IMG/VR virus record: IMGVR_UViG_3300042566_001051
Location: 11,126 to 75,125 of that record
Direction: 5' to 3' (one strand)
Source of the DNA: a virus
DNA length: 64,000 nt
This document shows positions 54,431 through 63,845 of this stretch, in pieces. The notes below the pieces were generated by a model that made no database searches, had not been told where the DNA came from, and worked only from the letters and a program-made list of their open reading frames with translations. Every line of letters starts with the position of its first letter. Within the stretch, counting starts at the first letter, position 1. Both the position numbers and the translations under genes were made by a program.

Positions 54431-55414
54431 ATGGGCAAGATCATCGGCATTATCTTCGGCAAGAAAAACACCCCCTGGCAGCGCATCGACGAGGCCGGCA
54501 ACAGCATCGACGTGGCGCCGGGCTACTTCGACGAGCACCCGGCCTACGCTGGCATCCAGGACGAAATCATCGACGGCCAGCACATGGTGCGCGTGCCGAC
54601 CTTCTACTACCGTTCTGGCGTTATCGAGTCTGGCGAGCACGTCGGCAAGAAAGCCGTCTGGATCAGCGACGAGCACGACGAAGGATTCAGCGCCCACCCT
54701 GCTTTCATGCGCAACGCCCTGCAACTGAAGGCGTTCTATGTCGGCAAATACCAGGGCACGCCTGATGGCGACAAGCTGGGCTCACAGCCGGGCCAGATGC
54801 CACTAACGCGAATCAACTTCCCGGCCATGCAAAAGGCAGCCGAGGCGCGCAACGGCGAGTTCGATGGCTTTCAGTTGTGGAGCATCTATCACCTTGGCGC
54901 CATTCAAACGCTCGCGCTGATCGAACTTGGAACGCCGGACGCCAAGTCGGCTCTTGGTGATGGCTACGTCAATGGCAGCGGCGCCCGCCCGGTTGATGAT
55001 GAGGTAGTCGCTCAGGCAACTTGGCGCGGCATCGTGGGCCTCTGGGGCAACGTGTGGCAGATGGTCGATGGCCTGCAAACCGACGAAGAGCGCCGCTATC
55101 GCATCTGGGATGCTGAAGGCGGGAAATCCTACGTATCCACCGGCGTCAAGGCGCCATCCAGCGGCTGGTTCCACCGCCGCGCCCGCAAGCAGGGCGAGGG
55201 CTTCGACCTGGGCGCCGTGTTTGTGGCGAAGAAGACCCGCGAGGATCGTGACGATTCGGCCTTCGGCAACTACTTCTGGGCCTGGGGAAACGCTGTGGCG
55301 TACCACGGCGGCGTTTGGAGCCACGGCGCGCTCGCCGGCCTGTTCTCTCTCAACGTCTACTACGCCGCGTCGTACTCGGGCCCGAGCATCGGCGGCCGCC
55401 TCGCAAAGGTGTAA
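54431..55414 (+). CDS. DGR target 1: C-type-lectin/FGE-fold protein with C-terminal variable region
   Basis: AAGGAG RBS; HPAF...FYVGKY, GIVGLWGNVWQMVDG, GG.W...AGLF...IGGRL; ends in a VR matching TR. Confidence 0.92.
   Translation: MGKIIGIIFGKKNTPWQRIDEAGNSIDVAPGYFDEHPAYAGIQDEIIDGQHMVRVPTFYYRSGVIESGEHVGKKAVWISDEHDEGFSAHPAFMRNALQLKAFYVGKYQGTPDGDKLGSQPGQMPLTRINFPAMQKAAEARNGEFDGFQLWSIYHLGAIQTLALIELGTPDAKSALGDGYVNGSGARPVDDEVVAQATWRGIVGLWGNVWQMVDGLQTDEERRYRIWDAEGGKSYVSTGVKAPSSGWFHRRARKQGEGFDLGAVFVAKKTREDRDDSAFGNYFWAWGNAVAYHGGVWSHGALAGLFSLNVYYAASYSGPSIGGRLAKV
55304..55407 (+). repeat. DGR variable region VR1
   Basis: 104-nt match to TR with 14 mismatches, all at TR adenines. Confidence 0.97.
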
Positions 55415-55468
55415 TGGGTCATGTGACCTGTGTCATGTAATCGGGCTGGCCCGCCGAGCGGGCCGCCC
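55408..55468 (+). promoter_or_regulatory. IMH and DNA hairpin downstream of VR1
   Basis: 61 nt identical except one base to the VR2 3' flank; GGCCCGC-CGA-GCGGGCC hairpin 55448-55464. Confidence 0.85.
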
Positions 55469-55494
55469 GAAACGATTTCAGAGCCAACAAAATC

Positions 55495-55932
55495 ATGCAA
55501 ATCCTCAAATTCAAAAAGACCGACCCCAAAGCCATCATTCCACGCCGCCAAACCGAAGGTGCGGCGGGGTTTGACCTGCACGCGCTCGAAGCCGAGTACC
55601 TGCACAAGACGACAACGCCCCTGATGGTTCGCACCGGTATTTCGGTGGAGATTCCGCCCGGCCATGTTGGGCTGATCCGAGACCGCTCCGGCCTCGCCGC
55701 AAAGCACGGAATAACGGTTCTCGCCGGCGTCATCGACGCCGACTACCGAGGCGAGCTCAAGGTGATTCTCGCCCACCACGGCCAAGGCGCCCTCAACATC
55801 CAGCCAGGCGAGCGAATCGCCCAACTGGTAGTGACCGTGTGCCCAGATTTCGAGGTGCAGGAAGTCGAAGACCTTTCCGACACGGAGCGGGGCGCCGGCG
55901 GGTTTGGTAGCACGGGAACCGGCGCGGCCTGA
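55495..55932 (+). CDS. dut: dUTPase
   Basis: AAGFDL, RSG, GVIDADYRGE, ERIAQ, RGAGGFGSTG. Confidence 0.97.
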   Translation: MQILKFKKTDPKAIIPRRQTEGAAGFDLHALEAEYLHKTTTPLMVRTGISVEIPPGHVGLIRDRSGLAAKHGITVLAGVIDADYRGELKVILAHHGQGALNIQPGERIAQLVVTVCPDFEVQEVEDLSDTERGAGGFGSTGTGAA

Positions 55933-55946
55933 TAGGAGAGCCAGTC

Positions 55947-56234
55947 ATGCCTTGCTACATCGAGAGAACAAGGGACGGCGGGACGATGTTTCTGTGCGGC
56001 AATCTTGGGCCGCACTGCGCCGCTGAGAAGTGCGCGGCAAGTTCCGGCTACCTATGCGATTACCCGGTTGGCGACGGCAAGACCTGCGACCTTCCGCTGT
56101 GCAGCAGCCATGCCTATCAAGTCGCCCCGAACGTCCATTACTGCCCTGGCCATCTGATTTTGTGGAATGAGTTTCGTGACTCCGGCGGGGTTGAAAAGGA
56201 ACTGGTGAACGTAGTGCCATTCCCGCAGAAATAG
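55947..56234 (+). CDS. Cys-rich hypothetical protein
   Basis: LCDYPVG.GKTCD..LC..H...YCP.H. Confidence 0.65.
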   Translation: MPCYIERTRDGGTMFLCGNLGPHCAAEKCAASSGYLCDYPVGDGKTCDLPLCSSHAYQVAPNVHYCPGHLILWNEFRDSGGVEKELVNVVPFPQK

Positions 56235-56256
56235 TCGAGCAGACATCAACCAACGA

Positions 56257-56283
56257 GGGGCGCCGAGAGCGCCCCGATTTTTT
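56257..56283 (+). terminator. Intrinsic terminator
   Basis: GGGGCGC-cgaga-GCGCCCC followed by a T run. Confidence 0.65.
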
Positions 56284-56300
56284 GCCCATTGGAGGGCGCG

Positions 56301-56768
56301 ATGCCAAAGAGCAAGAAGCCGCGCCGGAAATACAGTCCGGCCCGCCATCAAGTGAAGAAAAACACCCCGCGCATGGACAGCATCTACCTTCTGTTCCAGC
56401 CCATCTACACCGCATTCGACAGGCTTGCGGACGGTGAAATCGAAGTGTCGCGCGGGAAGCCGATCTTCAAGGATTTCTACAACGAATGGTGCGAGCTGGC
56501 GCCGGCAATGGACGGTTGGGCCGACTGCTGGGAGCGCATCTGCCGCAACCAGGGAATCGACATTGATCTTGAGCCGCTTCGCAAGCTGGCCCGCAAGCTC
56601 GATTACGGCATCCCGCTCACCGAGGACGATGTTTCTGCCGGCCGCGCCGTGATTGACGAGACGCGCAGCGCCTTTGTTTCGCTCCCGGTCGAAGTGACCA
56701 GGGCGCATGCCGTCACTGAGCAAATCCAGATCGAAGTAGATCGCCTGAACCTGAAGGAAGCCGCATGA
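56301..56768 (+). CDS. Hypothetical protein
   Basis: MPKSKKPRRKY N-terminus; GGAGG RBS. Confidence 0.65.
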   Translation: MPKSKKPRRKYSPARHQVKKNTPRMDSIYLLFQPIYTAFDRLADGEIEVSRGKPIFKDFYNEWCELAPAMDGWADCWERICRNQGIDIDLEPLRKLARKLDYGIPLTEDDVSAGRAVIDETRSAFVSLPVEVTRAHAVTEQIQIEVDRLNLKEAA

Positions 56769-58684
56769 TGCGCCCACAACTTGCCCTGCCTTTCCACGGC
56801 GAACTGATTATTGACAACTTCGCCGGCGGCGGCGGAACGAGCACCGGCCTTGAGGCCGCATTCGGCCGCCCGGTTGATATTGCCATCAACCATGACCCCG
56901 AGGCCCTAGCGATGCATGCCATCAACCACCCGCACACGCTCCACCTGTGCGAAAGCGTCTGGGATGTCGATCCGATCAAGGTAACGAAGAATCAGCCGGT
57001 CGGCCTGGTGTGGCTTTCTCCAGACTGCAAGCACTTCAGCAAAGCGAAGGGCGGGACGCCGGTTGCGAAGCACATTCGCGGCCTGGCATGGGTGACGATG
57101 CGCTGGGCTGCATTGTGCCGGCCGCGTGTCATCATGCTCGAAAACGTCGAGGAATTCCGCACCTGGGGGCCGCTTGTCGTCGGCGACGATGGGAACGCCT
57201 ACCCAGACCCGTCGCGCAAGGGGAAGACCTTCGAGAGCTTCATCCGGCAACTGAAGGCGCACGGCTACAAGGTCGATTGGCGAGAGTTGCGCGCCTGCGA
57301 CAACGGAGCCCCGACGATCCGCAAGCGCTTCTTCATGGTTGCCCGGCGCGACGGTCTTCCGATCCACTGGCCGGAGCAGACGCACGGCGCCCCGACATCG
57401 CGCGAGGTGATCGCCCGCAAGATAGCCCCGTACCGGACGGCCGCCGAGTGCATTGATTTCGGCGTCGAGGCGGCCAGCATCTTCGACCGCAAGAAGCCGC
57501 TGGCAACCAACACCCAGCGCCGCGTTGCAAAAGGGTTGTGGCGCCACGTCCTGACCTCTGACGCGCCATTCATCGTTGGCGATGCCGGCGCGCTGGCGCC
57601 GTTCTTGAATGAGCACGCCAACGCCAGTAACCAGCGCACCATGTCGGCCAACGAGCCACTGCGGACGATCTGCGCCCAGGTCAAGGGCGGGCATTTCTCA
57701 GTGGTTGCGCCGTCGCTCGCGCCTCTTCGTGGAACCAGCGAAGCTCACCTTGGCGGCCATAGCATCAAGGCGCCTCTTTCGACCATTTCCGCCGGCGGGA
57801 CGCATCATGCCCTGGTCGGCGCAAACCTTGTGACCATCGGATACGGTGAGCGCAAGGGTCAGGACGCCCGGACAAGCAGTGTCGAGCAGCCGCTTGGAAC
57901 CGTGGTTGCCGGCGGCGTCAAACAAGCGCTTGTGTCGGCCCACTTGGTTGATATGGGACATGGCGAGTCGTGCAGCACCGGTGCAAAACGCTGGAGTAGC
58001 GGCGTCCGCTCCCTGGAAACGCCGCTCAACTCAGTGCTTGCCAGCAGCATCCCGAGCGCCTTGGTTGCCGCCTTCTTCGAACAGGCAAACGGCGGGTTCT
58101 ACGATGGCGATGGCCGCCCGGCGGATGCTCCTATTTCGACCATCACGGCAGCCGGGAGCAACCAGCGCCTGGTGACTGCCTACTTGGTCAAATACTACGG
58201 CAGCGGCGGCCAATGGCAGACCCTCCACGAACCAATGCACACCCTGCCGACCAAGGCACGCATGGGCCTGGTGCAAACCGTCCAGGTTCCGGCTGACTTC
58301 GTTGCACCGGAACACATTGCCCGCGCCAGGCAGTGCGCCATGTTGCTCCATGAGCACCTTCCAGAGCACTTTCCAAGTCCGGCAGACATGGTTCTTGTCG
58401 GCGAATGGGTTCTGGTCGACATCACGCTGCGCATGCTCAAAGCGCGCGAACTGTACCGCGCCCAGGGCTTCCCGGAGTCCTACGTTATCGAGGAAATACC
58501 CGATCCGAAACTGCTGTTCAAGGATGGCGTTCAGGCGGCCCATCCGCTGGAGATTCCGCGCGTTCCGCTGACGGTGACGGCTCAGGTTCGCATGTGCGGA
58601 AACAGCGTCTCGCCGGTGCAGGCCGAGGCACTAGCAGCAGCAAACTTCCGCCACGAGGCGATGTTTATGGAGAAATCAGCATGA
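56765..58684 (+). CDS. DNA cytosine-5 methyltransferase
   Basis: DNFAGGGG, SPDCKHFS, ENVEEF, PTIRKR, RAQGF, GNSV. Confidence 0.92.
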   Translation: MMRPQLALPFHGELIIDNFAGGGGTSTGLEAAFGRPVDIAINHDPEALAMHAINHPHTLHLCESVWDVDPIKVTKNQPVGLVWLSPDCKHFSKAKGGTPVAKHIRGLAWVTMRWAALCRPRVIMLENVEEFRTWGPLVVGDDGNAYPDPSRKGKTFESFIRQLKAHGYKVDWRELRACDNGAPTIRKRFFMVARRDGLPIHWPEQTHGAPTSREVIARKIAPYRTAAECIDFGVEAASIFDRKKPLATNTQRRVAKGLWRHVLTSDAPFIVGDAGALAPFLNEHANASNQRTMSANEPLRTICAQVKGGHFSVVAPSLAPLRGTSEAHLGGHSIKAPLSTISAGGTHHALVGANLVTIGYGERKGQDARTSSVEQPLGTVVAGGVKQALVSAHLVDMGHGESCSTGAKRWSSGVRSLETPLNSVLASSIPSALVAAFFEQANGGFYDGDGRPADAPISTITAAGSNQRLVTAYLVKYYGSGGQWQTLHEPMHTLPTKARMGLVQTVQVPADFVAPEHIARARQCAMLLHEHLPEHFPSPADMVLVGEWVLVDITLRMLKARELYRAQGFPESYVIEEIPDPKLLFKDGVQAAHPLEIPRVPLTVTAQVRMCGNSVSPVQAEALAAANFRHEAMFMEKSA

Positions 58685-59262
58685 CCGAAACACCAGCGCA
58701 GTACGAAATCAAGTCCTTGTCGGACTTCCTCAACGTGCCAGCCGAAAAGCTGCCGGAGTGCCTTGGCGACTTCGAGCAGTGGGTTGCGCTTCGCCGGTCA
58801 ATGGCCGACGGCTTCAAGTTGCTGGAGCCGCTGTTTGGCGACTTGTCTGCGGCCGTGGAAATGAAGGACGTTTTCATCTGGCTTGACGACGGGTTGAGCG
58901 GCTTCAGCCAGATCAACATCGTGTGCGGCGAAGAGCAGATTGGAACCTTGAGCCTGACAACTGAAGGCAGCCAGCCAACAAGGCACGACCTTCAGAAGGA
59001 AGGCAAGCACCCGGCGCCTTGCGCGAGATTCTGCGAGGCAACAGCATTTGAAATCGAGATTCGCAGACTGCGAACTGAGGCCCAAGGCGCGGCCGCCGCA
59101 AAGACTGCTCTATCCCAGTTCTATCACGCCTCGAAGGAGCTCATCGACTCCGGCGGATCGCCTGAAGCATGTCGGAAATTTGACGATGCCGAGGCAAAAG
59201 TTCTTGCGATTATTGGCATTGTCGAGCAAGACACGAAAACCAGAGAGGATCACCAAAAATGA
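58681..59262 (+). CDS. Hypothetical protein
   Basis: 193 aa, ATGA-coupled; contains HPAPCARFCEATAF. Confidence 0.6.
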   Translation: MTETPAQYEIKSLSDFLNVPAEKLPECLGDFEQWVALRRSMADGFKLLEPLFGDLSAAVEMKDVFIWLDDGLSGFSQINIVCGEEQIGTLSLTTEGSQPTRHDLQKEGKHPAPCARFCEATAFEIEIRRLRTEAQGAAAAKTALSQFYHASKELIDSGGSPEACRKFDDAEAKVLAIIGIVEQDTKTREDHQK

Positions 59263-59519
59263 ACGCACGAGACCTGACGTTTGAGGAAATGAAGAAGACC
59301 GGCAAGGTGCTCATCAACCGTAAGCAGCTTCTTGGCATGGTTCCACTGTCCGAGCGGACTATCCTGGATATGGAGAAGCGCGGGGAATTCCCCCGTCGCT
59401 TTGCCATCACGCCCCGCTTGGTGGCTTGGGACTTGCGCGAGATTGAAAAGTGGATCGAGGAACGAAAGGCCGCCGCTATGCAGCCGATGGCGCCCGGCCT
59501 TCAAGCTGCTGCGGCTTAG
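59259..59519 (+). CDS. AlpA-family excisionase (recombination directionality factor)
   Basis: VPLSERTILDMEKRGEFPRRF..TPRLVAW...EIEKWI; convergent with the integrase. Confidence 0.85.
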   Translation: MNARDLTFEEMKKTGKVLINRKQLLGMVPLSERTILDMEKRGEFPRRFAITPRLVAWDLREIEKWIEERKAAAMQPMAPGLQAAAA

Positions 59520-60708
59520 TCCATTGGTCGATCATGTCGGCCCAGTCTTGCAGCATCGCGCGCCGTTGCTCAGAGTATTCGGCCTTGTTGTAGACGGCGC
59601 GCACCCCTTTTTGCTCATGGGCAAGGCACTTCTCAATCCAGTCCGTGTTGTAGCCGGCCTCGTGCAGCAGCGTTGATGCCGTCCGGCGCAGATCGTGCGG
59701 GCCAAACTTGCCCAGCGGCTTCCCTTCCTTCTGCGCCAGCTTGAACGCCAGTGTCGTAACTTGATTCAGCGTCGCCTTGCTCATGTGAATGTCTGGATCG
59801 TAGCGGGAAGGCAGGACGTAGCGAGAGCCGCCGGCGCACGTCTTCAGCGCCACGAAAATATCGAGAACCTGCCTCGAAAGATAGACGTTGTGCGGGTTCC
59901 TCCGCTTCATCCGCTCCGCCGGTATCGTCCATACCGCATCGGTGAAGTTGATTTCTTCCCAGGTGGCTTCGATCAATTCCGACTTGCGCAGCATGGTCAG
60001 CAGTAGAACCTTGACCGCAAGGCGGATGGTCGGCGATGTCGATATGCGCTCCAGGTACTGGTAGAGAATCCTGATTTCTTCCGGTGTCAGCGAGCGGTCT
60101 TTCGGCTGGAATCGGGCTATCGAGGTTGGCCGCACCAGTTCTGCCGGATTTTCGTACTTGTGACCCCTCTCCATCGCGTAACGGAAGACCATATACACCA
60201 CTTCGCGGGCATGAACGGCGGTCGCCGGCGCCCCGCGCTCCACGATCTTGTCGCACAGACCGCGCAAGTCCTCGTGCGTTATCTCAGTCATCTTCAGCCG
60301 ACCGAACGACCCCTTCAGGTCGCGCTCGAAGACGGATCGCCGCATGTCTCGCGTCGATTCTGCCATCTGGTGATCCTTCAGCCAGAGTTCGGCCCACTCC
60401 CCAAACGAATCCGCCTCCTTGACCTTCTGCTTTTCCCTGGCCTTCTGCCGAGACGGAGACTTGCCGGAAGCAAGCCCCTTCTTCGCCTCAGAAAGCAACT
60501 CCCTGGCCTCCGACAGGGTGATGCCGCCCGGCCCATATCTTCCAAGCACCAGCGTTTCCTGACGCCCATTGATGCGGTAGTTGTACCGGAATGAGATTGT
60601 CCCCGTGGTCAGCACCGTGACGTAGAGGCCGTCGCGGTCAGTGAGCTTGTACGCCTTCTCTCCAGGCTTGAGATTCCTCAGTTTCGTGTCTGTCAGCATG
60701 TTTTCCAT
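59476..60708 (-). CDS. int: P4-type tyrosine integrase
   Basis: MLTDTKLRNLKP..K.YKL.DRDGLY arm-binding domain; R (LRKSEL), HDLRRT, LAH, VYN. Confidence 0.95.
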   Translation of the reverse strand: MENMLTDTKLRNLKPGEKAYKLTDRDGLYVTVLTTGTISFRYNYRINGRQETLVLGRYGPGGITLSEARELLSEAKKGLASGKSPSRQKAREKQKVKEADSFGEWAELWLKDHQMAESTRDMRRSVFERDLKGSFGRLKMTEITHEDLRGLCDKIVERGAPATAVHAREVVYMVFRYAMERGHKYENPAELVRPTSIARFQPKDRSLTPEEIRILYQYLERISTSPTIRLAVKVLLLTMLRKSELIEATWEEINFTDAVWTIPAERMKRRNPHNVYLSRQVLDIFVALKTCAGGSRYVLPSRYDPDIHMSKATLNQVTTLAFKLAQKEGKPLGKFGPHDLRRTASTLLHEAGYNTDWIEKCLAHEQKGVRAVYNKAEYSEQRRAMLQDWADMIDQWTKPQQLEGRAPSAA

Positions 60709-60717
60709 CCATCGCCC

Positions 60718-61095
60718 GATACCATCATTCTGATGTCCGGTTTTTGTGTGTTTTTTTGTTTGTGCATCAACAACTTACGCCAATTCAATACCATCATTCA
60801 ACAAAAAACACGGTGATGGTATTGAAGGCTGTTCATGGTATCAGCGATTGCCAATGCCATCAAAAAAACCATCAAAAAATGCTGCTTCCCACTGCTTTTT
60901 GCTGCCTGACGCTGCCAGCCAAAAAAGCGAAAAGCCCTGATTTCTCAGGGCTTCCGGGGCGTTTTCTGCCTTCAGTTGCTAGTGTCTGCCTGACGCAGAT
61001 TCATTCCCACTCAATAATAAACAAGACTGAAAGCGCCTTGTTTTTGCTGTGTTTTTCAGTGTGGCGATTTGCCGATACCATCGTTTGTACCATCA
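60718..61095. mobile_element. attP region: guaA 3'-end core with arm-type repeats
   Basis: Core TCATTCCCACTCAAT 61001-61015 (reverse complement ATTGAGTGGGAATGA = IEWE-stop); TACCATC-like repeats on both sides. Confidence 0.8.
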
Positions 61096-61159
61096 TGGAG
61101 AAATGCTGCAATTTGCCAGTCATTGCCAATGCGGCAATCATCAACCAGGCGACTGGCGT

Positions 61160-62212
61160 TCATTTTACAGGGCATGCTCCGCGCAAGCCAGGAATCAATA
61201 CAAGGTCGCCAAGTACGCCCTCAACGGTCTGATGGGCGCTGCAATGCTTCGAGTAGGCGATGAACGACATCACCCGCTGCCTCACGAATTCCAGGTCGAT
61301 TTCACCGTCGTGGTACTGGGCCGCCATTTCCTTGAAGGCCAGGCGCGCCCGCTTGATGTTCCGCTTGCGTGGCAGGATGTGCGTCGGCCAGATGCGATAG
61401 CCGCAGAAGTCGATGCCGCGCTGCCAGGGGTGAATCGCGGTCTTCGGGTTCAGCGATAGCGCCAGGCCATTGACCGCCTCGCCAAGCTCGCGCATGACCT
61501 TCTGGGCGGCCGCCTTGTCTGGAACGATGGCGACGAAATCATCCATGTACCGGACGTAGAAGCGGATGCCCATGTCGTCCTTGGCGATGTGATCCAGGCG
61601 GTTCAGCATGATGTTCGCGGCAAGCTGGCTGGTCAGGGCGCCGACCGGCAGGCCGACGCCGGCCTCGTGGCCGTAGCCGCTGATGACCTTGCGCCACAGC
61701 CAGAGCACGTCCTTGTCTGAAATGGTGCGCTCCACCTCGCTCATGAGCACGTCGTGCCGGATGCTGGCGAAGTATTTGCTGATGTCGGCCTTCAGGACAT
61801 AAACCTTGTCGCCCCAGTTCCGTTTCGCCACGCGCAGGAAGTGTTGCGCCCGGAAGACGGCGCGCTGGGTGCCTTTATCGACGCGACAGGCAAACGAATC
61901 CGGGATGAATTTGCGCTCGAAGAGTGTATCGACGAGACGCACCAGGGCATGGTGAATCACGCGGTCGGCAAATGGCGGCGCCTGGATCATGCGCATCTTC
62001 GGCTCGAAGACGGTGAATTCGCGCTGCTTGCCCGGCGCCCAGGTCTTCCAGATCAGGTGATTTTGCAGGTTGATCAGGTTCTCTTCGAGATTGCTGGCAA
62101 AGCGCATCACTTCAAGGCGATACCGCTTGCCGTGGCGCGCCTCCTGGAAGGCTTGGTACAGGTTCTCGAATTCGATCAGTTTGGCCCAGAGGCCGTTGGT
62201 TGTTTTCGGCAT
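61160..62212 (-). CDS. DGR reverse transcriptase
   Basis: DRVIHHAL, LKADISKYF, GLPVGALTSQ, YVRYMDDF, GIDFCGY; 350 aa with no maturase or endonuclease domain; next to TR and avd. Confidence 0.96.
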   Translation of the reverse strand: MPKTTNGLWAKLIEFENLYQAFQEARHGKRYRLEVMRFASNLEENLINLQNHLIWKTWAPGKQREFTVFEPKMRMIQAPPFADRVIHHALVRLVDTLFERKFIPDSFACRVDKGTQRAVFRAQHFLRVAKRNWGDKVYVLKADISKYFASIRHDVLMSEVERTISDKDVLWLWRKVISGYGHEAGVGLPVGALTSQLAANIMLNRLDHIAKDDMGIRFYVRYMDDFVAIVPDKAAAQKVMRELGEAVNGLALSLNPKTAIHPWQRGIDFCGYRIWPTHILPRKRNIKRARLAFKEMAAQYHDGEIDLEFVRQRVMSFIAYSKHCSAHQTVEGVLGDLVLIPGLRGACPVK

Positions 62213-62371
62213 GTTGTTCTTGTGGGTGGTCGGGCGCCGCCACGTTCGCCGGTTTCCCGGCTACTGGCCGCAGCGCCCTGTTCATCTTCGACAGCATGGT
62301 CAGGACAATGGCCCCAAAGGAAATGCGCTGGACGGCGGCCACTTGAGCCGCTCGCCTTCTGGCGTCAGTCG

Positions 62372-62475
62372 TTTGCGAGGCGGCCGCCGATGTTCGTGTT
62401 CGAGTTCGACGCGGCGTTGTTGACGTTGAGATAGAACAGGCCGGCGTTCGCGCCGTTGCTCCAATTGCCGCCGTT
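62372..62475 (-). repeat. DGR template repeat (TR)
   Basis: AAC-rich 104 nt between avd and RT; matches both VRs except at adenines; diverges after GCAAA (IMH*). Confidence 0.97.
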
Positions 62476-62508
62476 ACTAAGCCATTGCCCCTCAAAAATC
62501 GGTGAGGG

Positions 62509-62856
62509 TTACATGGCGCTCCCTTCGTGCTTGATCCACGCGCCGACCATCTTGCCTATCTCGTTCGTGTGTCGCATCCAGACTTCCAGTCGGTTGGTGT
62601 TGATGTAGCCCATGCGGTGCGCCTTGCGGACGAAGCCCCGGAAAACCTCAATCTCGACATCGAGGTCAAACAGCGCGCCGGACTTCTGGCGACGCTTCCA
62701 GGCAACTACGGTCAGCCGCATGATCTTGTTCATGTCCGTGCGCATTTCGGCGCACAGCAAATGGCGTTCGAGCTTCGGGAACTGGTGCAACACGGTGTGC
62801 GTGTAGGCGTCCAGTTCCTCCAGCTTCGTCATCAAGGCAAGGTGCGCCTCACTCAA
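62509..62856 (-). CDS. avd: DGR accessory variability determinant
   Basis: QFPKLERHLL...LDVEIE...EIGKMVGAW; TTG start with GGGGAG RBS. Confidence 0.92.
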   Translation of the reverse strand: MSEAHLALMTKLEELDAYTHTVLHQFPKLERHLLCAEMRTDMNKIMRLTVVAWKRRQKSGALFDLDVEIEVFRGFVRKAHRMGYINTNRLEVWMRHTNEIGKMVGAWIKHEGSAM

Positions 62857-63169
62857 GCGTCCGCTCCCCTTCGTCGTGCTCGATATTCGCCTCGCAATGG
62901 CCAGGGTCGATCTTGTCCAGCAAGCGGCAGAGCGCGCACCCCCAAATCTTCCCCTTGCGCGCCGCCTTGCCGGCCCGGCTGCTGACGGTCTCGTCTTCGC
63001 TGCCGGCGCGCCCGACCAGGGCCGCATTCAGCGCCTGGTCGTTGGCCACGGCCACCGGCCACGCCCGGTTGCTGCCCAGCAGGGCGGCCCCCAGGGCGAT
63101 CAGGTTGCCGGCCAGCGCCATGAGCATCGAGCCAATCAGCAGCCCGATCCGTGCGCAGTAGCGTTTCAT
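62849..63169 (-). CDS. Phage membrane-associated hypothetical protein
   Basis: N-terminal TM; DQALNA...DETVSSRAGK...LCRLLD.IDPGHC. Confidence 0.7.
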   Translation of the reverse strand: MKRYCARIGLLIGSMLMALAGNLIALGAALLGSNRAWPVAVANDQALNAALVGRAGSEDETVSSRAGKAARKGKIWGCALCRLLDKIDPGHCEANIEHDEGERTLE

Positions 63170-63179
63170 GGCCGAGTCC

Positions 63180-63761
63180 TTACCAGGCGATGCCGGCAAC
63201 GTCTTCCGGCGTTGCAGCTACGTCGATCAGGTCTTCGGCAGCCTGCCGGCGGCCGATCAGCGCACCGGACGCGCCCGCGTAGGCGTTCATCTTGCCCAGC
63301 ACGCGCGAGGCCAGTTCAACCACGGGCAGCGAGCGGGCTTCGGCGATGGCAGTCAGCAGCGGCGCGGGCGCCTGCGGGTCGGCGGCCAGGGCTTCGGCTT
63401 CCTTGACCTGTTGCGGCCAGGACTGGATTTCGCGCTCCGGGTAGGAGGCGGCCAGGGCAGCCACGGCGGTATTGCATGCCTCGTTGATTTCGATGCGCTT
63501 GGCCGCCTTCACGGCTTCCAGCTTGGCATCGTCGCCGGCATCAAGATCAAGCTCGCCCAGGAATTCACACGCCGCCAGGTCGCAGGCCGGGATTTCCTCG
63601 GCCTCACCCTTGACGGTGACGGCAACAAACAGGCGGTCGGCGCGGTAGTCGGCGGGAACGAGCCAGGCTTTCACCTTGGCATCGGCGGCGATGGTCGCCA
63701 GCGGAACGGTCTTCTCGACGCCATCCACCGTGACAACCAGGGAACCATTTTCGATTTTCAT
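63180..63761 (-). CDS. Tail fibre assembly-like protein
   Basis: KAAKRIEIN...YPEREIQSWPQQVKEA...APLLTAIA.AR...LIGRRQ...I.W. Confidence 0.7.
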   Translation of the reverse strand: MKIENGSLVVTVDGVEKTVPLATIAADAKVKAWLVPADYRADRLFVAVTVKGEAEEIPACDLAACEFLGELDLDAGDDAKLEAVKAAKRIEINEACNTAVAALAASYPEREIQSWPQQVKEAEALAADPQAPAPLLTAIAEARSLPVVELASRVLGKMNAYAGASGALIGRRQAAEDLIDVAATPEDVAGIAW

Positions 63762-63784
63762 TCAGTGCTCCTTGTGAGAGGGAT

Positions 63785-63845
63785 GGGCGGCCCGCTCGGC
63801 GGGCCAGCCCGGTTACATGACACAGGTCACATGACCCATTACACC
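63785..63845 (-). promoter_or_regulatory. IMH and DNA hairpin downstream of VR2
   Basis: Near-identical to the VR1 flank; hairpin 63789-63805. Confidence 0.85.

Noticed and set aside
59476-59519. Tail-to-tail overlap of int and alpA as a regulatory system
   Set aside because: Short 44-bp convergent overlap, common and uninformative
61160-62212. RT as a group II intron or retron
   Set aside because: No maturase or endonuclease domain; avd, TR and adenine-mutated VRs identify a DGR
62857-63027. N-terminal extension of Avd shown in the ORF track
   Set aside because: Overlaps the upstream gene; TTG at 62856 has a good RBS and gives a normal Avd size
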